From Candidatus Nanopusillus sp. (GTDB lineage: Archaea; Nanobdellota; Nanobdellia; Nanobdellales; Nanobdellaceae): a stretch of 5,120 nucleotides of DNA. Made by a program: the position numbers and the translations under genes. Location of the stretch: positions 1 to 5,120 of the forward strand of contig JAPWTZ010000024.1 in assembly GCA_028275775.1 (NCBI GenBank), given 5' to 3'. The notes under the pieces are model-generated. The model was not told the origin of the DNA. It worked only from the letters and a program-made list of their open reading frames with translations, and did not search any database. Of the stretch, positions 4,846 to 5,120 are shown piece after piece; position 1 is the stretch's first letter, and each line of letters starts with the position of its first letter.

Positions 4846-5120
4846 ATAATATTTTGTTATTTTATCTCCATAATAATGTATATTTTCTACTATTTTTCCT
4901 TTTTCCATCTTAATAGCATCATTACTATCATATAATGCTCTCCCAATTGCTAATAATTTATTATCTTCAGATATTATTAATATTATTTCATCCTTTTTAA
5001 AATCTGAAAATTCAATTATTCCAGGTCTAAATACATCTGCACCATTTAATATTTTTTCTTTTGCTCCAATATTTACTTTAATATAATTCATATTTGTTTC
5101 ACATTCATTTATCAAAAATA
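4825..5120 (-). CDS. PUA-domain protein (RNA-binding PUA fold); 5' end uncertain and may lie beyond the right window edge
   Basis: IKVNIGAKEKILNGADVFRPGIIEFSDFKKDEIILIISEDNKLLAIGRALYDSNDAIKMEKGKIVENIHYYGDKI fits the PUA signature (v.vd.gA...i.nGA.v..PGi......i..gd.V.i.....k.lAvG.a..s..e.....kG..v...H..GD.i). The reading frame is still open at the window edge. The ORF-track start at 5115 is TTG. An ATG at 5091-5089, preceded by GTGA about 8 nt upstream, would give an 88-aa PUA-only protein. The stop is TGA (complement of 4825-4827). Confidence 0.6.
   Translation of the reverse strand, partial: FLINECETNMNYIKVNIGAKEKILNGADVFRPGIIEFSDFKKDEIILIISEDNKLLAIGRALYDSNDAIKMEKGKIVENIHYYGDKITKYYLNKIKN

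Noticed and set aside
5113-5115. TTG listed as the start of the PUA ORF
   Set aside because: The frame remains open to the window edge, and a proper ATG exists at 5091-5089. The TTG is an artefact of taking the first permissible start codon after the window boundary.
1-5120. Possible tRNA, rRNA or other structured ncRNA genes
   Set aside because: In such AT-rich archaeal genomes, structured RNAs stand out as GC-rich islands. No such island exists, and essentially every base is covered by a supported CDS. The most GC-containing patches (e.g. around 2014-2035, ggtagcggaatttcggtaggt) are in-frame coding sequence with no cloverleaf potential that I can see.
1-5120. CRISPR array, tandem repeats, IS elements or integrase/transposase genes
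   Set aside because: No regularly spaced direct repeats, terminal inverted repeats or recombinase-like ORFs were seen. The recurring tatata/aaataa strings are compositional low complexity.

Overview
Very AT-rich, almost gap-free coding window with one ~34-nt non-coding gap; three pairs of neighbouring genes overlap. All five supported genes are archaeal-type. (1) nt 1-1026 (+): C-terminal ATPase domain of a FlaI/ArlI-PilB-type type IV filament ATPase. It enters from the left edge: frame 1 is open from nt 1, so the listed ATG at 85 is internal. (2) 1002-3011 (+): a 669-aa polytopic FlaJ/ArlJ-TadC-type platform protein with two T2SSF-like repeats, overlapping the ATPase by 25 nt. (3) 2988-3665 (-): a Dph2-like diphthamide-synthesis radical-SAM enzyme, about one domain (~100 aa) and one cluster-ligand Cys short of canonical archaeal Dph2. 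(4) 3700-4845 (+): an Nre-family protein (archaea-specific, PCNA-linked DNA repair) that lacks the usual N-terminal Cys cluster but ends in a PIP-like box. (5) 4825-5120 (-): a PUA-domain protein reaching the right edge. No rRNA/tRNA, CRISPR, mobile element or tandem repeat is visible. Composition, gene overlap and domain loss suggest a genome-reduced, AT-rich archaeon (DPANN/Nanoarchaeota-like); this is inference. I see no convincing wholly new multi-gene system. The most unusual items are the divergent ATPase plus oversized platform pair and the miniaturised Dph2 and Nre proteins.
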